In this document: positions 36,850-52,374 of the stretch, piece by piece
How positions within the stretch are numbered: position 1 is the stretch's first letter
Layout: every line of letters begins with the position of its first letter
Origin: the human T2T-CHM13v2.0 reference genome, Homo sapiens
Assembly (NCBI RefSeq): GCF_009914755.1
Contig: NC_060929.1
Direction: 5' to 3' (one strand)
Length of the DNA stretch: 64,000 bases
The notes under the pieces: generated by a model
Seen by the model: the letters and a program-made list of their open reading frames with translations, nothing else
Databases searched by the model: none
What the model was told of the DNA's origin: nothing
Position numbers and translations under genes: made by a program

Positions 36850-37210
36850 ATGGGGGCAGGCAAAAAATTGCCAAACAAGCCCACAACAATCAGACAAAGA
36901 GTAGAGGAAGAAAAAAGGAATTACAGTTTAATTGCACTCGTTTCCTAATCTTCAGAATCTTCAGTTAGCATCAACAGTTACTGGTAAGTTTCTAAAATCA
37001 GTAGATACAAGCTGAAGAATTCTACTCAAAATTAGAAAAGTCACAACTAGTAAAACTAATGTATACCTTCCAAATGACTGAAGGCAGACCATATAGAAAA
37101 TATGGTAGACTAGAAAAACAGCAAAAAAAAAAAAAAAAAAAAAAATCCAGAAAAACAGAAAACATAAATTAGATGACAGAAGTAAGAACAAATATATAAC
37201 AATAAATGTA
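36850..37210 (+). mobile_element. Old L1 inter-ORF/ORF2-start fragment
   Basis: A-rich; aaattagatgacagaagtaagaacaaatatataacaataaatgta resembles the ORF2 start. Confidence 0.55.
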
Positions 37211-37500
37211 GGCTGGGCATGATGTGATCCCAGAACTCTGGGAGGCTGAGGCAGTTAGGAATTTGAGACCAGGCTGGCCAACATGGTGAAACCCCATCTG
37301 TCCTAAAAATACAAAATTAGCCAGACGTGGTGGTGCACACCTGTAATCCCAGCTACTCAGGAGGCTGAGGCGGGAGAATCACTTGAACCCAGGAGGCAGA
37401 GTTACAGTGAGCCGAGATCATGTCACTGCACTCCAGCCTGGGAGACAGAGACAGACCCTGACTCAAAAAAACCAAAACCTAAAACTAAACAAACAAAACA
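37211..37500 (+). mobile_element. AluS with left-arm deletions
   Basis: ggctgggcatg...gagaccaggctggccaacatggtgaaacccc...A-rich tail. TSD aacaataaatg. Confidence 0.92.
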
Positions 37501-37596
37501 AAACAATAAATGGTCAGATTATTATTATTATTATTATTTTGGAGACTCCAGCCTGGGAGACAGAGAGATACCCTGTCTCAAAAAAACCCAAAATCC

Positions 37597-38234
<638 letters not shown>

Positions 38235-38449
38235 AGTCAGATTATTTCAATAACACTCTATGCCCTGCAAAATAATTTTACAAAATTTACAGATTTATGC
38301 TAGGCTAAAAGAGTTTCTCAGATTTTTTGACCACTTAAGGAACAGACACACCCATGACATATTGGTGACCGAAGAAGGCGGCAAGCCCAGCTGCAGCATG
38401 ACCTCCTTACGTAAAATCATGTATATCTCTGTGCCAAACGTCAGCACAG

Positions 38450-38670
38450 TCTAATAATTAAGCATGTGGCCTCCGAGTCACTCTGCCTCGATTCAAATGT
38501 TTACTTCACCTCTGACTGAGTGGCCTCTCTGTGGACAGTGTCTGCAGGGTTGAATGGAGATAATAACAGGGTTTCCATGGCTGATGTGAGGGCTAAGCGA
38601 GATACCGCGTCTCTAGCACTGGGCACAGCACGTGATAAATCAGCCGACTGGCAGCACCATCACCATCATG
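38450..38670 (+). mobile_element. MIR
   Basis: ttaagcatgtggcctccgagtcactctgcctcgattcaaat...atggagataataacag...gtgagggctaag. Confidence 0.7.
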
Positions 38671-39301
38671 ATGATCATGGCATGACAGCTGTTAGGAAAC
38701 GCGTAACAAAGGGTCAGCAGTGTTACGATCGGGGGTGAGTTTCACTTTTTATTAATATTTTCTGTATTTTTTTTGTTTTACATTTTTACAAAGGGCATAT
38801 AGCAAAACAGACAATTCATGTGAAGACAGGAGAGACGGAAAGGGGGAGAGCACAGAGAGAAAGATAAGGGGAAAAATGGAATAAACAAGATGCCGACAAG
38901 AATGCCTCACGGGGCCAGCGCAGGGGCCAGCCAGGCGGCCTTCTGCTAAATCAAGCAACGCTTGAGTGGCTCCCTCGGGACCTGGCCTGTCCAGAATGTC
39001 CCACACTCAGCCCTCTGCAGCCAGCTCCCCCATCTCCATGGCTCCTGCACACACCAATGCCGGGGTAGCCTCCAGGAAACAGAGCTGGCCAGCCAGACCC
39101 AGCCAGGACACAGAGGTCAGTGGGTCAGACCCAGACTCTGGGACTGCAACAGGCCTGCCTATTTGTGACGAGAACTGACACTCGTCCCGGCCAGATTCTC
39201 TGGCTGACATTTCCCAGGTCTCGTTCAGCATGAAGCCCACGTCGGGGAACGTCCCCAGTCACAAATTAACATTCACATAAATAACAGGGCGCTCTCTACT
39301 A

Positions 39302-40619
<1,318 letters not shown>

Positions 40620-42769
40620 GCCTCCAGGCGCCAAGTCCACACAGAATCGGAGCAGGCTGCTGGCAGGGTCCGGTGGCCAGAGCTGGGCGGGCTGTTCCTT
40701 GGGGAGCCACTCTGGACAGGCCGGAAGGTCAATGCCAGGATCACTCCCCAGGGGCCAGAAATCCAGCATGGAGGAAAGCTGCCACTCCAGGGAAGTAGGA
40801 GCCCGCCCAGGGCTGGCCACATGGGATGCCCATCTCACCCTTCCTTCTAAACTGGGCATTCTCACATGGGGACACGGGGCAGTGAGTGCAGGCGCAGGGA
40901 GACGAGAATGCTGCACAGCCGGTAGGTGGTGGACGGGCCTCAGGACCCCTCCGCCAGCAGCAGGCCACTCTCTCACGGTCCAGCAGGAGCCCTGCTCCAG
41001 AGCCCACGACTGGAGCCAGCTGAGGCTGGTGTCTCACATTCCTGCAGAGAGGCTGGCTAAGGCTCCCGTGTGGGGGCACTCCCCATGCCCACTGCACCCC
41101 AGAATTTTCTGGGCGATCCCAAGGCTGAGTCTACGCAGCTGTTGGAAGACGGGGTATGCAATTCTAGATGTGTGGCGTGTTTTGAACAGCATCCAATACC
41201 CTTTCTGTGGCAGCTCAGCCCGGAGAGCAGGTCCCCAGTCTCGAGGACCCAGGAGGCAGGGTCTGCTCCTTCCCACAGCGGGTGCTCCTCCAGGAGGGGC
41301 CAGGTGCTCAGAGGGAAACCAGTGCCCACCAAGGGCCCAGCTGCCTGGCTGGCTCCCAGCAGTGTGGGGAAGACACACTACCCGACGGACGTCCCCCTTA
41401 GAAGCAGGGGCAGACAGGAACTCCCATGGGGAGAGCACAGGCTGGGACGCAGCCCGCCCAACGCCAGTCCCCCCACTCCACTGTGCAACAAGGATCAGCC
41501 TTTCCTCTCTCAAAGCCTCGGTTCCCCCAGAGGGGGCTGCAGTTGAGAGTTGATGGTGAGACTCAGTGGGGCATGTCCTCCATGTCTGCTTGTGCAAAGC
41601 TGCCCAGATCAGGCAGTTTTCCCAGCCAGAGGACCCCCCCTTTCACTTTCCATCACAGGCTGTCATCTCCCCGGGTCCCTGGGCCACAGGCCCCTCTCAG
41701 GACCCCTCCGGCCTCATGCACACACAGAGCCTGTGCACTGCCTCACTCCTGCTTCCTTTGAATTGGGCTTCTTTTCCTGCTGTGATCTCTGGGGCCCACT
41801 GTGCTATCCAGGGCACGCTGACCGCCGACCGTCCTCTGCCCGCCTGCCCAGCTGCCACTCCCGGGCGGGCAGCCCTGCCAGGCCCGAGGCTGTCTGCTTC
41901 CCCTTCTGTCCAGAGTTCCCAAAACAAAAATCAGGCCATACCATCTGACGAAGGATCCTGTCTGGTTTATTTATGGGAAGAGCCAGGGCTCTGAGGGCCA
42001 GGTTGTCTGGGCTGTGGCCAGGCTGCTCTGCAGGCCTTCAGACACTGCCCAGCCCGTGTCCCCACCCACCCAGGGTGGCTCCGGGGGAGGGGCGGGGGCA
42101 GGGCCCCAGCACTGGTGAGCCCACACTGGTGACTCTGGGATGTGTATTTATTCTAGAGCCAGGACAGCAGCCGCCAGGGCCCTAGGCCCCTCTGTGGGTG
42201 GTTGGCCCACTGGAGAGCCGGAGCAGCGAGGCCAGCAATGACCAAAGGCGCCGTATCCAGAATGCAGGCAGGCTCAGGCGCACCTGCCCTCCCTGGATGC
42301 CACTACAGATTCGGGGAGACTGAACTCATGGGATCAAGTGCCCCACAGATCCTGGTCCTCACAAGGGACAAGGCCACCAGGTGTCACACTGGGAGACAGT
42401 GGCACCCCAGGGTATGAAAGGCCACACCAGGCTTATGTCCAGTAACCCTGCCTGCACAGCACAGCACGGCACGGCATCCATACCGCAGCACAGCCCCGCC
42501 CTCCGGCAGTGCCAAGCCCGGGATCTCAGGGCCCCCACCAGAAACCAGACAGGTGAGCAGGTGGCAGCTCCAGGCCAGGTGCTGACCTTGTGCATACCAG
42601 GCCTTCCCCGAGAGCAGGCTGCAGCCCCCCAGCTGGTTCTGACTGCCACAGGACTGCGCCCCTCCTGCAGGGCTCTGCTCACACCCACACTCCCTGCTCA
42701 GAGACGGCCTGTCCCACCGCCCCGTGTGAAATCACACCCAAGCACAGCGGAACGATGGAGGAGGCAGCT

Positions 42770-44230
42770 GGAAGGTGCTTTCGGTGGTCAAATCTGGGGC
42801 AATTTGAACACAATAATAAATGATAGTAATAGGTTAGAACCCATTGAATAAAATAAATATCCACAGATCAGTATTGGTAGAAACAAATAACTGAATAATA
42901 AATAAGTGGGAGGGGAAGGGCAGCTCTTTCTCACAGGGTAATTCAACTAAAAATGTAAAAGAAATGATGAGATAGAAAATCATGGTAGTAAACCCCATCG
43001 GCAACAGCACAGTCAGGACTGCGGCAGGTACGACTTATCCGTGGAGGCTACAATTAGTGAGCAAAAGGATAACAAGAAACAGAATGCTCACATCACGTCA
43101 CAGCAGCTACCCACGGGAGATTTAATCATCGCAATGGGAAAAAAGAGTGAAAGAGTGGTTTGCTCATCAAGCCACTCATCTGAGACCTGAAAAAACCTCA
43201 CAGTCACAGCCCTAGAGCTCCCGGGGCATCCAGTGGAATCCCAGTAGGTAACACCTTAGCCAAATGAAGAAGGGCATCACTGACAATAGGAGACAACTGG
43301 ACATCCCAATGTGACAGTCCCAGCGTGGTGCCCTACGGAGGGCACAGTGCTTCTGTGACAGTCCTGCCAGAAACACGTAAGCTCAAGCCAGTACAAGGCA
43401 CACCAGAAAAACCCATGGGGATGCACCGTCTACAAAACAGCTGACCAGTCCTCTTCAAAAACATCCAGGTCATGAAACCTCAGATGGGAGGAAACGGGAG
43501 AGACACAACAACTAAATGCCACGTGGGATCCTGAGGGGGAGCCTGAACCAGACAACGGACATGAGTCGGAAGACTGACAAAATTCAGTGCAGTCTGGAGT
43601 GCTACGGTTAGAATGTGACTGGTTTGTTCCCACCAAAACTCATCTTGACATTTGGTCCCCAGTGTGGCAGTGTTGGAAGGTGGGGCCTGGGGTGAGGTAT
43701 CTGAATCATGGAGGCCGATCCCTCGTGAGTGGCTTGATACTGTTCTCAAGGTAGCAAGGGAATTCTTGCTCTGGAGAGGCTTGATTAGTTCCCGAGCCTG
43801 GGTTGTTATAAAAGCAGGACACTCCCTGGGTTTCCCTTCTTTGCACACATGGGCTTTCCCTTTGACCCTCTCCACCACGTTATGACACAGCACAAAAAGG
43901 CCTCACCAGAAGCCAGGGCCATGCTCTTGAACTTCCCAGCCTGCAGAACCATGAGCTAAATAAGCTTCTTTTCTTTATAAATTACCCAGTCTCAGGTATT
44001 CCATTATAGCAACACAAAATAGACTAAAACTAAGACACTAAGTACCAACGCTTAGTATCAACCTACAAAGTTCCTGGTTTCAGTCCTTGTTCTACGTTGC
44101 ATACAGAGGAAGCTGGGTGAAGGGCACAGAGGAAATCTATGCTATTTTTGCAACTTTTCTTGCAATTTTTCCAAGACAGCATAGATCTAAAGTTATTTCA
44201 AAATTAAAACTTTAAACACATAAAAATAAA
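42770..44230 (+). mobile_element. L1MC-type 3' UTR, interrupted by an MST LTR
   Basis: ggtcaaatctggggcaatttgaaca...ccagtcctcttcaaaaac...acaactaaatgccacgtgggatcctg. Resumes with gaggaagctgggtgaaggg...tttttgcaacttttct...tctaaagttatttcaaaat. Confidence 0.88.
43600..44037 (+). mobile_element. MST-type (MSTB/C) MaLR solo LTR
   Basis: tgctacggtt...cccaccaaaactcat...ttataaattacccagtctcaggtattccattatagcaacacaaaatagactaa...gaca. Confidence 0.92.
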
Positions 44231-45278
44231 ACTGGGCCCCAGCCTCCCTCAGTGCTCTCTGGCCGGTCCATTCTTCACATTGGCTGCCTTTCCCTGGAGT
44301 GGAGGCGCCCACTGCATCCCCAGTGTCCAGGGAGCAGGTCCTGTAGAAGGTGGTAGGTTCCAGGGATCGGGGAGCAAGTACAGAGGCCCTGAGAAGGAAG
44401 CAAGCCTGGCGTGTTCCAGGAACACCAGGGAGAACCGTGTAGCCGGAGCAATGCTCTTGTGCAGAGGGCCTATGCCTGAGCCGCCCTGTGGGCCCTGCCG
44501 TTCCCTTCAGGGCACTCTCCAACCCTCTGCCCTGTGCATGGGGCCACGGATGCCCCAGGAGCTCTAGGGCTGTTGACTATGAGGTTGCTTCAGGTCTCAG
44601 TGAGTGGCTTGATGAGCGAGCCACCCTCACTGGCCAGGAGGGGACTTCCTTCACAGGTGTGAATGGGACTGAGCCACCAGCATGATGCTGACACGTGGGT
44701 TTTGAGGATTCCCACTCACATCAGACAGAATGAGTGCGGGGCTCTGGGATACAGCTGCCCAAGCCTCAAGCCTGAGTGGCACTTGTGGGCTCCTGCATCG
44801 GCTGTGGGGCCACCTCCGGGCTCTGGTGTTCAGGGGTGGGCAGTGGCAGCAGACATCCTTCACTCTGTGCCTCTGTCACTGGTGCCCAGGGCGGTGGCCC
44901 ACACCCTCAAAGGTTCCGTGTCATTTCCGGGCAGTCTTCCAGGGCTGGCTGCATCCACCTGCTTGGAGTGCTTTCAGAGGGAAGCTGTTGCCCTGCAATG
45001 CCACGACCCTTCCCGTGTCCTCTCTTGCCTCCAAGCCGTGCTGGACATCATGCTCTCCTCCCAGGCTGGTCTGCAGAGGGATGGAATGCCTGTCACAACT
45101 GGGATCCCTCTTCTCTTGTCATTCTGCCTGCTGGTGGCAGAGTGTGGAAGGCGGGAGTGTGCCCACCATTAAACGAGGTTGAATTCTGGGAGTGCAGAAG
45201 TAACAGCCTCAGGACTGATGGGGAAGATGAGGCTGCAAGATGTGTGGTTCTTCCCTTCGCTATAAAGGTCCAAACGAT

Positions 45279-45590
45279 ATTTATTTATTTATTTATTTAT
45301 TTAGAGACAGGATCTTACTGTGTCACCCACTGCAGTACAGTGGCTCAAACACAGCTCACTGCAGCCTGGACCCCCTGGGCTCAAGTGATCCTCCCAACTC
45401 AGCCTCCCAAGTAGCTGGGACCACAGACGTGTGCCACAACAGCTAGCTAATTAAAAGAAAAAAAAAAATTTGTAGAAATGAGGTCTTGCTATGTTGCCAG
45501 GGCTGATGTTGAACTCCTGGGCTCAAGTAATCCTACTGCCTTGGTCTCCCAAAATGCTGGGATTACAGATGTGAGCCACCACACCTGGCC
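45279..45590 (-). mobile_element. AluJ
   Basis: (TTTA)n tail. J-type features: gctcactgcagcct...gggctcaagtgatcctccc and gaggtcttgctatgttgcc. Confidence 0.95.
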
Positions 45591-47157
45591 CAAACATTAA
45601 ATTTAACACGACCAGATGAGGACGTATGGCTCACATTTTCTTGCACACTCTGGGCAAGATCCACATTGGTGGTCATCATTAATGAAGCACGGTAACCACC
45701 TTCAAGGGAACAACGGAAGCCGGCATTCCCGGGGGCAGAGAGAAGCGGCGGAGTCAGGAGAAATGCCACAACCAGCACTAAATACATGGGGTTGGGGAAT
45801 GCGGGGCAAGAAGATATACAGCATCTCCACACAAACAGGTTCCAAAGAGCCACACATTGTGAGCGGTAACAGCTTTGCTATTACCCCCCAGCTGTGGGAG
45901 ATATAAATATGAAATTAGCTGGGACAGCACACTCGACCATAAAGAACAGGAAGAGATAGCTCCTGAGCCTGAGCAGTAACGAGGGTCTCTGCAAGCACTG
46001 AGCAGACAGTGAGCAAATGTGTTCGTGCTTCTCCTCCCCGTCCCCTAAATCTTCCTTGATACATCTTGCTATTCCCCATGTGGGCTCATGAATCTTGTTA
46101 TAAATTTTTTAATCAAATTGTCTATATAGACAGGAGTCCTGCAGGAAATATATGCCCAGGGCCCCATGTATCCTAGGGACAGCCAGCCATGCCTTTGGGA
46201 ACAGCCTAGAAGGACTGTCAGGAAGGGGCCTGGGTGGGTGGGAGTCAGCTTGCCCAAGGTGACTCTCTCTCCTTGCAAGATACATCTGAGAGAGAAGCCC
46301 ATTGTAAGCAGGGCCAATCCAAGCTCCCACCCCACCCTGGAGTGCAGACCACTGCCCAGACGGCTTCCTGAGGTCCTGGCTGGGGCCCTCCAAGGTACCC
46401 CATTTCCAGGCCTCCAGCCCCAGCCCCCCAATAGCCTGCCTTGAATTGTCTTCTGCTTAAGTGAGTTGAGGTCAGTTTTGCCATCCAAAGAGAAGCCCTC
46501 CTGTTTTCCTAGAGGTTGTCAGGAGCTACGCTGGCCGGTCCCCTGGGCTTGGGACATCCTCTGTTGTTGGGGGGAGAGGGTGGGAAGCATCTTTCCTGCA
46601 GCCATGACCTCACCTTGGTGACAGCCACAGCTTCTCACTCACAGCACTGGTGTAAGTGCTAACCTGAAGCCGCTCCTCCTTGTCCACGGGGAAGACAGTC
46701 TGACCCCACTTTCCTCTGCTCCCCGAAAATAAGGAACGTTATTGGTGTTGCTTTGTCCTGACAGACTCACACGTCCTTAAAAAGTGCTAATCTTCACAAA
46801 AGAGGCAGCGGCCTGTGCCTTCCTTGAGGAAAGTCAGATTAATTAGCTGACTCCCACATGAGCAGCCTCTGATTCTTGCAGGCTTTGTTTATGGATCAGA
46901 AATCAGGCTTGAAGTGAAAACTGACATCTCAATGTGAAGAGTATTTTCCCTGCTAACTGCAGTGAGTCAGAGCCGTGCGCTGAGCTAGACAGATAGGGAA
47001 CATGGCCTTCCCATGTGGACTGGAGTGTGCCAACGCCTCCGGGCCACAGCCCAGGACAAGCGTGGGACATCAGCCTCCCATTGCTAGGCCAGAACAGGCC
47101 AGTGCCCCATAGATCCCAGCCCAAGACAAGCACCGGAGTTGGCATTCCAGGGTAGGG

Positions 47158-47472
47158 TTTTGTTTGTTTGTTTGTTTTTCTCAAGATGGAATCTTGCTCT
47201 GTCGCCTAGGCTGGAGTGCAGTGGCATGATCTGGGCTCACCACAACCTCCACCTCCTGGGTTCAAGTGATTCTCGTGTCTCAGCCTCCCGAGTAGCTGTG
47301 ATTACAGGCACACGCCACCACACCCAGCTAAATTTTTTTTTTTTTTGTATTTTTTTAGTAGAATGGGGTTTCATCACATTGGCTAGGTGGTCTCGAACTC
47401 CTGACCCTGTGATCCGCCTGCCCTGGCTTCCCAAAATGCTGAGATTACAGGTGTGAGCCACCGCACCTGGCC
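47158..47472 (-). mobile_element. AluS
   Basis: (TTTG)n tail followed by an antisense dimer ending gagccaccgcacctggcc. Confidence 0.95.
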
Positions 47473-47523
47473 AAGGTTTTTTTGTTTTTTTGTTTTTTTG
47501 TTTTAAGGTATTTGTGCATCTCA

Positions 47524-47817
<294 letters not shown>

Positions 47818-49399
47818 ATGACTGGGAACCGGGAGAAAGATGTTGATGAAGGCACGCAGCCTACAGTCAGAGCTGACAGCCCAGAAACACGTCCAGCCAG
47901 CCAATTATTTTTAATGAATGCCCTTCCTTTGGTGACTCAATCCCATGAACAGGGAAGATGGGTGCATGGCTAGAAGCTCTGTCCAGGCTCCGAGGGCTGC
48001 CCAGCAGACCCACCCTAGGGGGTGCCAGGATCAACCCGACCCAGGGATGCTGAGCACCCATGCAAGTCTGACCCACCCACGTGGCCCAAGGAGGCAGCTT
48101 GTGGAGGTCCGGAATGGTGGTCTGGAGATTGGGCACCCACAGACTTGGGGAGTGGAAGGGCCACCCCAAGCCCTGCCCCCGCCCCCACTGCAGCTTCCCC
48201 GCAGGGCTGCACCCACATCCGCAGGGTGGCCCCTGCCCCGTGTGCCCAGCTTCCAAGGTGGCCTGCCCCTGATGCCAGAGAAACTTCCTGCTGGCCAAGC
48301 GGAGGGGCTTGCTTTCTAGGGTCAGCAGGAAATGTCAACATTTTCCCTGAAAAATCCTTCAATTCCCTCATTGAGTCTCCAGTAGACTTAGGTCATGTAT
48401 ACACTCAACAGGACAACTCTTTTCCACCCCAAATGCTGACAGCCTCTGAGGCAGTCTAAAGAAGGAAGGAAGAGTCACTGTGCAGACTCCTGGCATGGAG
48501 GCCCTCCTGTCGCTCTCAACTACTGCCTCTAGGCGAACGGGCCTGTGGGGAACTTGGCGGGTTCCCACTGGCCGCATGGATCATTGTTTCCACTTCAAAA
48601 CCAGGCCTTGAGCACCCTACTGGAGGCTGCTGGGTTTGTCTGTCATCCTCAGAGCCTGAGAGCATCTGGCACCAGGCCTGGCTGAATAAATAGATTCTGG
48701 ATTAGAAAGGAAACCTGGCTTTGAAAAGACACAGAGAAGAACCAGGTCCCTGCGTCCCTTCCTTCCAGGCTGATGTTCTGGGCTGGCGGGTCTCTGTTGG
48801 GCTCCCCACCCCTTCACCTTCTGCCCTGTCCTACAGCCCAGTAGGCAGACCTGATGGACTGGCTCCTCCTGGCTCTCCCTGGGTGAAGGGGGGCACCGAC
48901 AGGAAGCCAGGGCTGGGGAGAGAGACAGAAGGTTTTATTTCTCCCGCTGTGGTGGCCCCCAGCCTCCCCGCCCTGCAAGCTCCCTCGTCCTGCCCGCAGC
49001 TCTGTGAGTTGTGCCTTTGTCAACTCCTTTCTGTTGATCCCTTATGTGTCCCAGGCCCCTGACTGATCCGACATGCCCTGTAGCCCGACCAGGCAGCCCT
49101 CACTCTCATAGTCCAGGTGCTGGTCCCATCTCTAGGGTTTGGGATGGGACTTCCACACTCCAGCCCAATTTCCACCCTGAAGCACACGGGTGAGCCAGTT
49201 CCCTGCAACCACCACAGACTCAGGACACAAAGTCCCAGGCTGGTCCAGAACATTCTGAGCAGGGCAGAGGAGCCCCGTCCATGGCGGCTGGGGCAGTCCC
49301 GCAAGTGAGAGTCGGGGTGGGAGGAGCTGGAGGCTCTGGAAGGGATTCAGGAGCAGCCACCAAGGCCACCTTCCACACACGTCCTCAAAAGCCCTTCCA

Positions 49400-50300
49400 T
49401 ATTCCGCTGAAACCACTAGTGGGGCCTGTGCTGGGAGCAAGGGAGGCGTGGAGACAGGTGGGGCTGTGGAAGGAGGCTGCCATGAGGAGGGAAGGCTCCT
49501 CCAACCCAGGACGCCCCACTGCAGGAGGAAATGCCTTTCTGGCTGTGGTCCAGGAGACTGAGGGTCCTGCTCAGCCACACAGCACGTGCCAAGGTGCAGA
49601 GCCCAGGGGAAGAGCAAACCGAGGAGCTGGCGGTGCCTCGGACGATGCAGTGATGGTGAAGCAGGAGGATGGGGGAGGCCTGAGCCGTGGGGACAGGAGA
49701 ATGACCACAGGATCCACACCTCTGTGGTCCGTGGGACCTCAGCAGACGCTTTGGGTGATGCCAGAGAGCCATGGAGGAGGTGGCGGCAGGGGCTGTGCTT
49801 CTGAGAATGCTGACAATGATGGGACCCGGGAGCAGCCGGAGCTCAAGGGACGGGCAGGGGCAATGCCGGGGCCTGTCTGTGCTCGGAGGAGGGGGAGGTG
49901 GGTGAGCAAGGAGGTGGGTGAGCAGGGAGCGGGAAGGTCCCAAGGGGGGATGCTGCCTGCAGAGGCCAGCAGTCAGGAATGTCGAAGTAGATCCTTCAGC
50001 GAGGCTGGGGCCCCTGCTCGGAGGCAGGAAAGTAAGGGAGGAGGGATGGGGCTGGACCCAGCAATTCAGCAAGGAAAGCAGGAGGCGGGAGACAGTGGTA
50101 CAGGCAGGGAGCAAGTACAGCAAAGAGGACCAGTGGCATCCGACTCGGATAAGGAAGGACCGCAAGGCAGGTGGAGATGGGCTCAGTGGGTAAGGTCCCC
50201 AGGGGCGGCCTGGGCAGAGGGCAGGAGGGAGAGGCGGCGGGCAGAGAGAGGCTGCTGCGTGCTGTGGGTCAGGAGGGTGGTGCCTGGGAAGACCAGCTGC
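49400..50300 (-). mobile_element. Probable ancient L2 internal (endonuclease-region) fragment
   Basis: Purine-rich plus strand. The minus strand has degraded LAxxxWLS and SWL...ILGD-like remnants. Confidence 0.4.
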
Positions 50301-50384
50301 CTGCCTGCTCCCAGGGTGGACAGGGGACAAGTCAAGCATAAAGATGCAAAGGTGCAGGCCGAAAAAAGGACGGGCCACTGGTAT

Positions 50385-50875
50385 CACTAACACAACCATC
50401 AATGGGTTTAACATTGCAGTTAGAGATCAACCAGACTGAGATGGAACAAACAAGGCATGCCGTCTGTAACACATGCCTGAAACATGCTAAAAGAGAGACA
50501 GAGAAAACTGCAAACCCAGAAAGCAGGGTGTCTGTAGTATCATCAAAATAGAACTCAGAGCAAGTACTAAATGACTGGAAACTCCTGTTGTATTGACAAG
50601 GCTTGGTGAAAGCACACAGTCACCAAGCTTTACAAACCAAGGGCCGCAGCATCTGCCATGGTTAGAAACACAAGTGGCTCAACAGCCCTGTCAAAGGGAA
50701 ATGCGAACGGCCACTCCCAGTGGGTGACAGGTCTCCTAGACCACAGCAGAGGGGCACAGACTCATTGACTCGGGAAATGGGCCGGATTGATTTCTGGATG
50801 GATCTGACGACTTACAACCGAAAGCAAATGAGTATTCTTTACAAGCATGGGGGAGCATTTACAAAAATTGATCCC
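50385..50875 (+). mobile_element. L1ME-like ORF2 endonuclease fragment
   Basis: caatgggtttaac (NGLN)...aaagcagggtgtctgtagtatcatcaaaatagaactcaga...ggagcatttacaaaaattgatc (GxFTKID). Confidence 0.7.
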
Positions 50876-51844
50876 GGCCTCCCCTGCCTGCCTGGCCTGA
50901 ATCCCCCAAGCCTGTCAGCCGTAGCCTCCCACCCCACCTGCCTGGCAATGCAGAAACCTGAGATTGCTGCTTCTCGGCACCAAGAACCAAGAGGTGAAGT
51001 TGGTATGGGGACCCCCTTCTGCCCCACTCCCTGCTAGTACTGTCCAGCCAGAAGGCCCTCCCCACAGCCTGCCCCTTTCTCTTGACTGTTCCCTTCCCCA
51101 ATACGCTGAGGCCCCATGTCTCCCAGGACCCTCCCTCAAGACCCCGGCTTCCCTCTCCAGGGTGACTTGGGCCCTTGCATCATGGGGCATAATGCCAACT
51201 CCCCACCCCTACTGATGAAGTCACTGGCAGAGTGCCCCCAACGCCCTCCACTATAATCCCAGAGGACGGAGAGCTCTTGCTCTGAGCCGAGACAACCCAC
51301 TGCCCACCACCAGCTCCCTCAGGGCTCTCCACAAGTCCCTTCTCGCCTCCCCTGCTGCGTCTTCGGCCTCCTCCTCTCTAAAGTCCTCTCTCAGCCCAAC
51401 AACAGAACCGGGTCTCTTCAATCCTGAACAAGAAGACTCTGCTTCCCCTCCAGCCACAGGACCTCCCTTCCCTCACAGCCCTTCTCAGCAGGCTGGCCTC
51501 TGCTGCTCCCTCCCACGCACCAATGCCCATGGCCTCTGTCCCTCCTCCCCAGGGCCCCGGGGACCTCCACACCCTCCTGCTCAGCCTCTCTCTGGCCGCC
51601 CCCAGCTGCTCCGGTTTCCACAGCACCAGAGGCCAGGGTCCCCTCGTGCCACAGTGACCCTGCAACGCAGATTCCGTGCTCCCTTCAGAAGCCCACCTGA
51701 CATTCATAGAAGCTGAGCAAACACCAGGAGACAGAGGCAATTTCAGAAATTCCCCGAGGCTCGGGGAACCCAGGCTGTCCCCTTCACTCCTAATCTGTGG
51801 CAGGCCTGGCCCTGCCAAGCCTCCATGGAGATGAGCTCTTCCTG

Positions 51845-52143
51845 TCCCAAGGTGATGGTGTGAAGCGGGCCTTTGGAAGGTGATGAGGTCATGAGGGTGG
51901 GGACCCCGTTAATGGGATTAGTGCCCTTATCAGAGAGGCCCAGGGAGCTTGTGCACCCTCCACTGTGTGCAAACACAGCAAGAAGGCCCCAGCTATGAGC
52001 GAGGAAGCAGCCCTCACCAGACACCAAACCCACTGGCGCCCCGATCTCACATGTGAGACTCCAAAACTGTGAGAAATAAATTTCTGTTGTTTCTAAACAC
52101 CCAGTCTGTGATATTTTGTTATGGCAGCCTGAACGGAGGGACA
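51845..52143 (+). mobile_element. MLT1A-type LTR
   Basis: gggcctttggaaggtgatgaggtcatgagggtggg...atgggattagtgcccttat...ctgtgagaaataaatttctgttgttt...ttgttatggcagcctgaac. Confidence 0.92.
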
Positions 52144-52374
52144 CCTGCAGAGCCTGGGATGCTCAGAATACACACGTGGCAGGAGGGGTGTGGACGGGCT
52201 CTACGGAACTGGGAGATGCCTAGAAATGCTAGAGGGGTTGAGGGGGAGGCATTCACAAGCCCTTGTAGGAAACTGAGATCTGCGCTGGTTAGGGGTGGGG
52301 TGTCACTGGAATGGCAAGATGCAGATATAAATGCTGACAAGACCCAATTTAAACCCAGAGATGCTAAGGTCTGA

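Noticed and set aside
40699-41597. 284-aa and 187-aa ORFs
   Set aside because: No homology recognised, composition typical of random GC-rich DNA, and no clear splice signals.
49281-50414. Overlapping 369-aa (+) and 332-aa (-) ORFs
   Set aside because: No recognisable protein family; GC-rich, strand-skewed sequence that is probably decayed L2.
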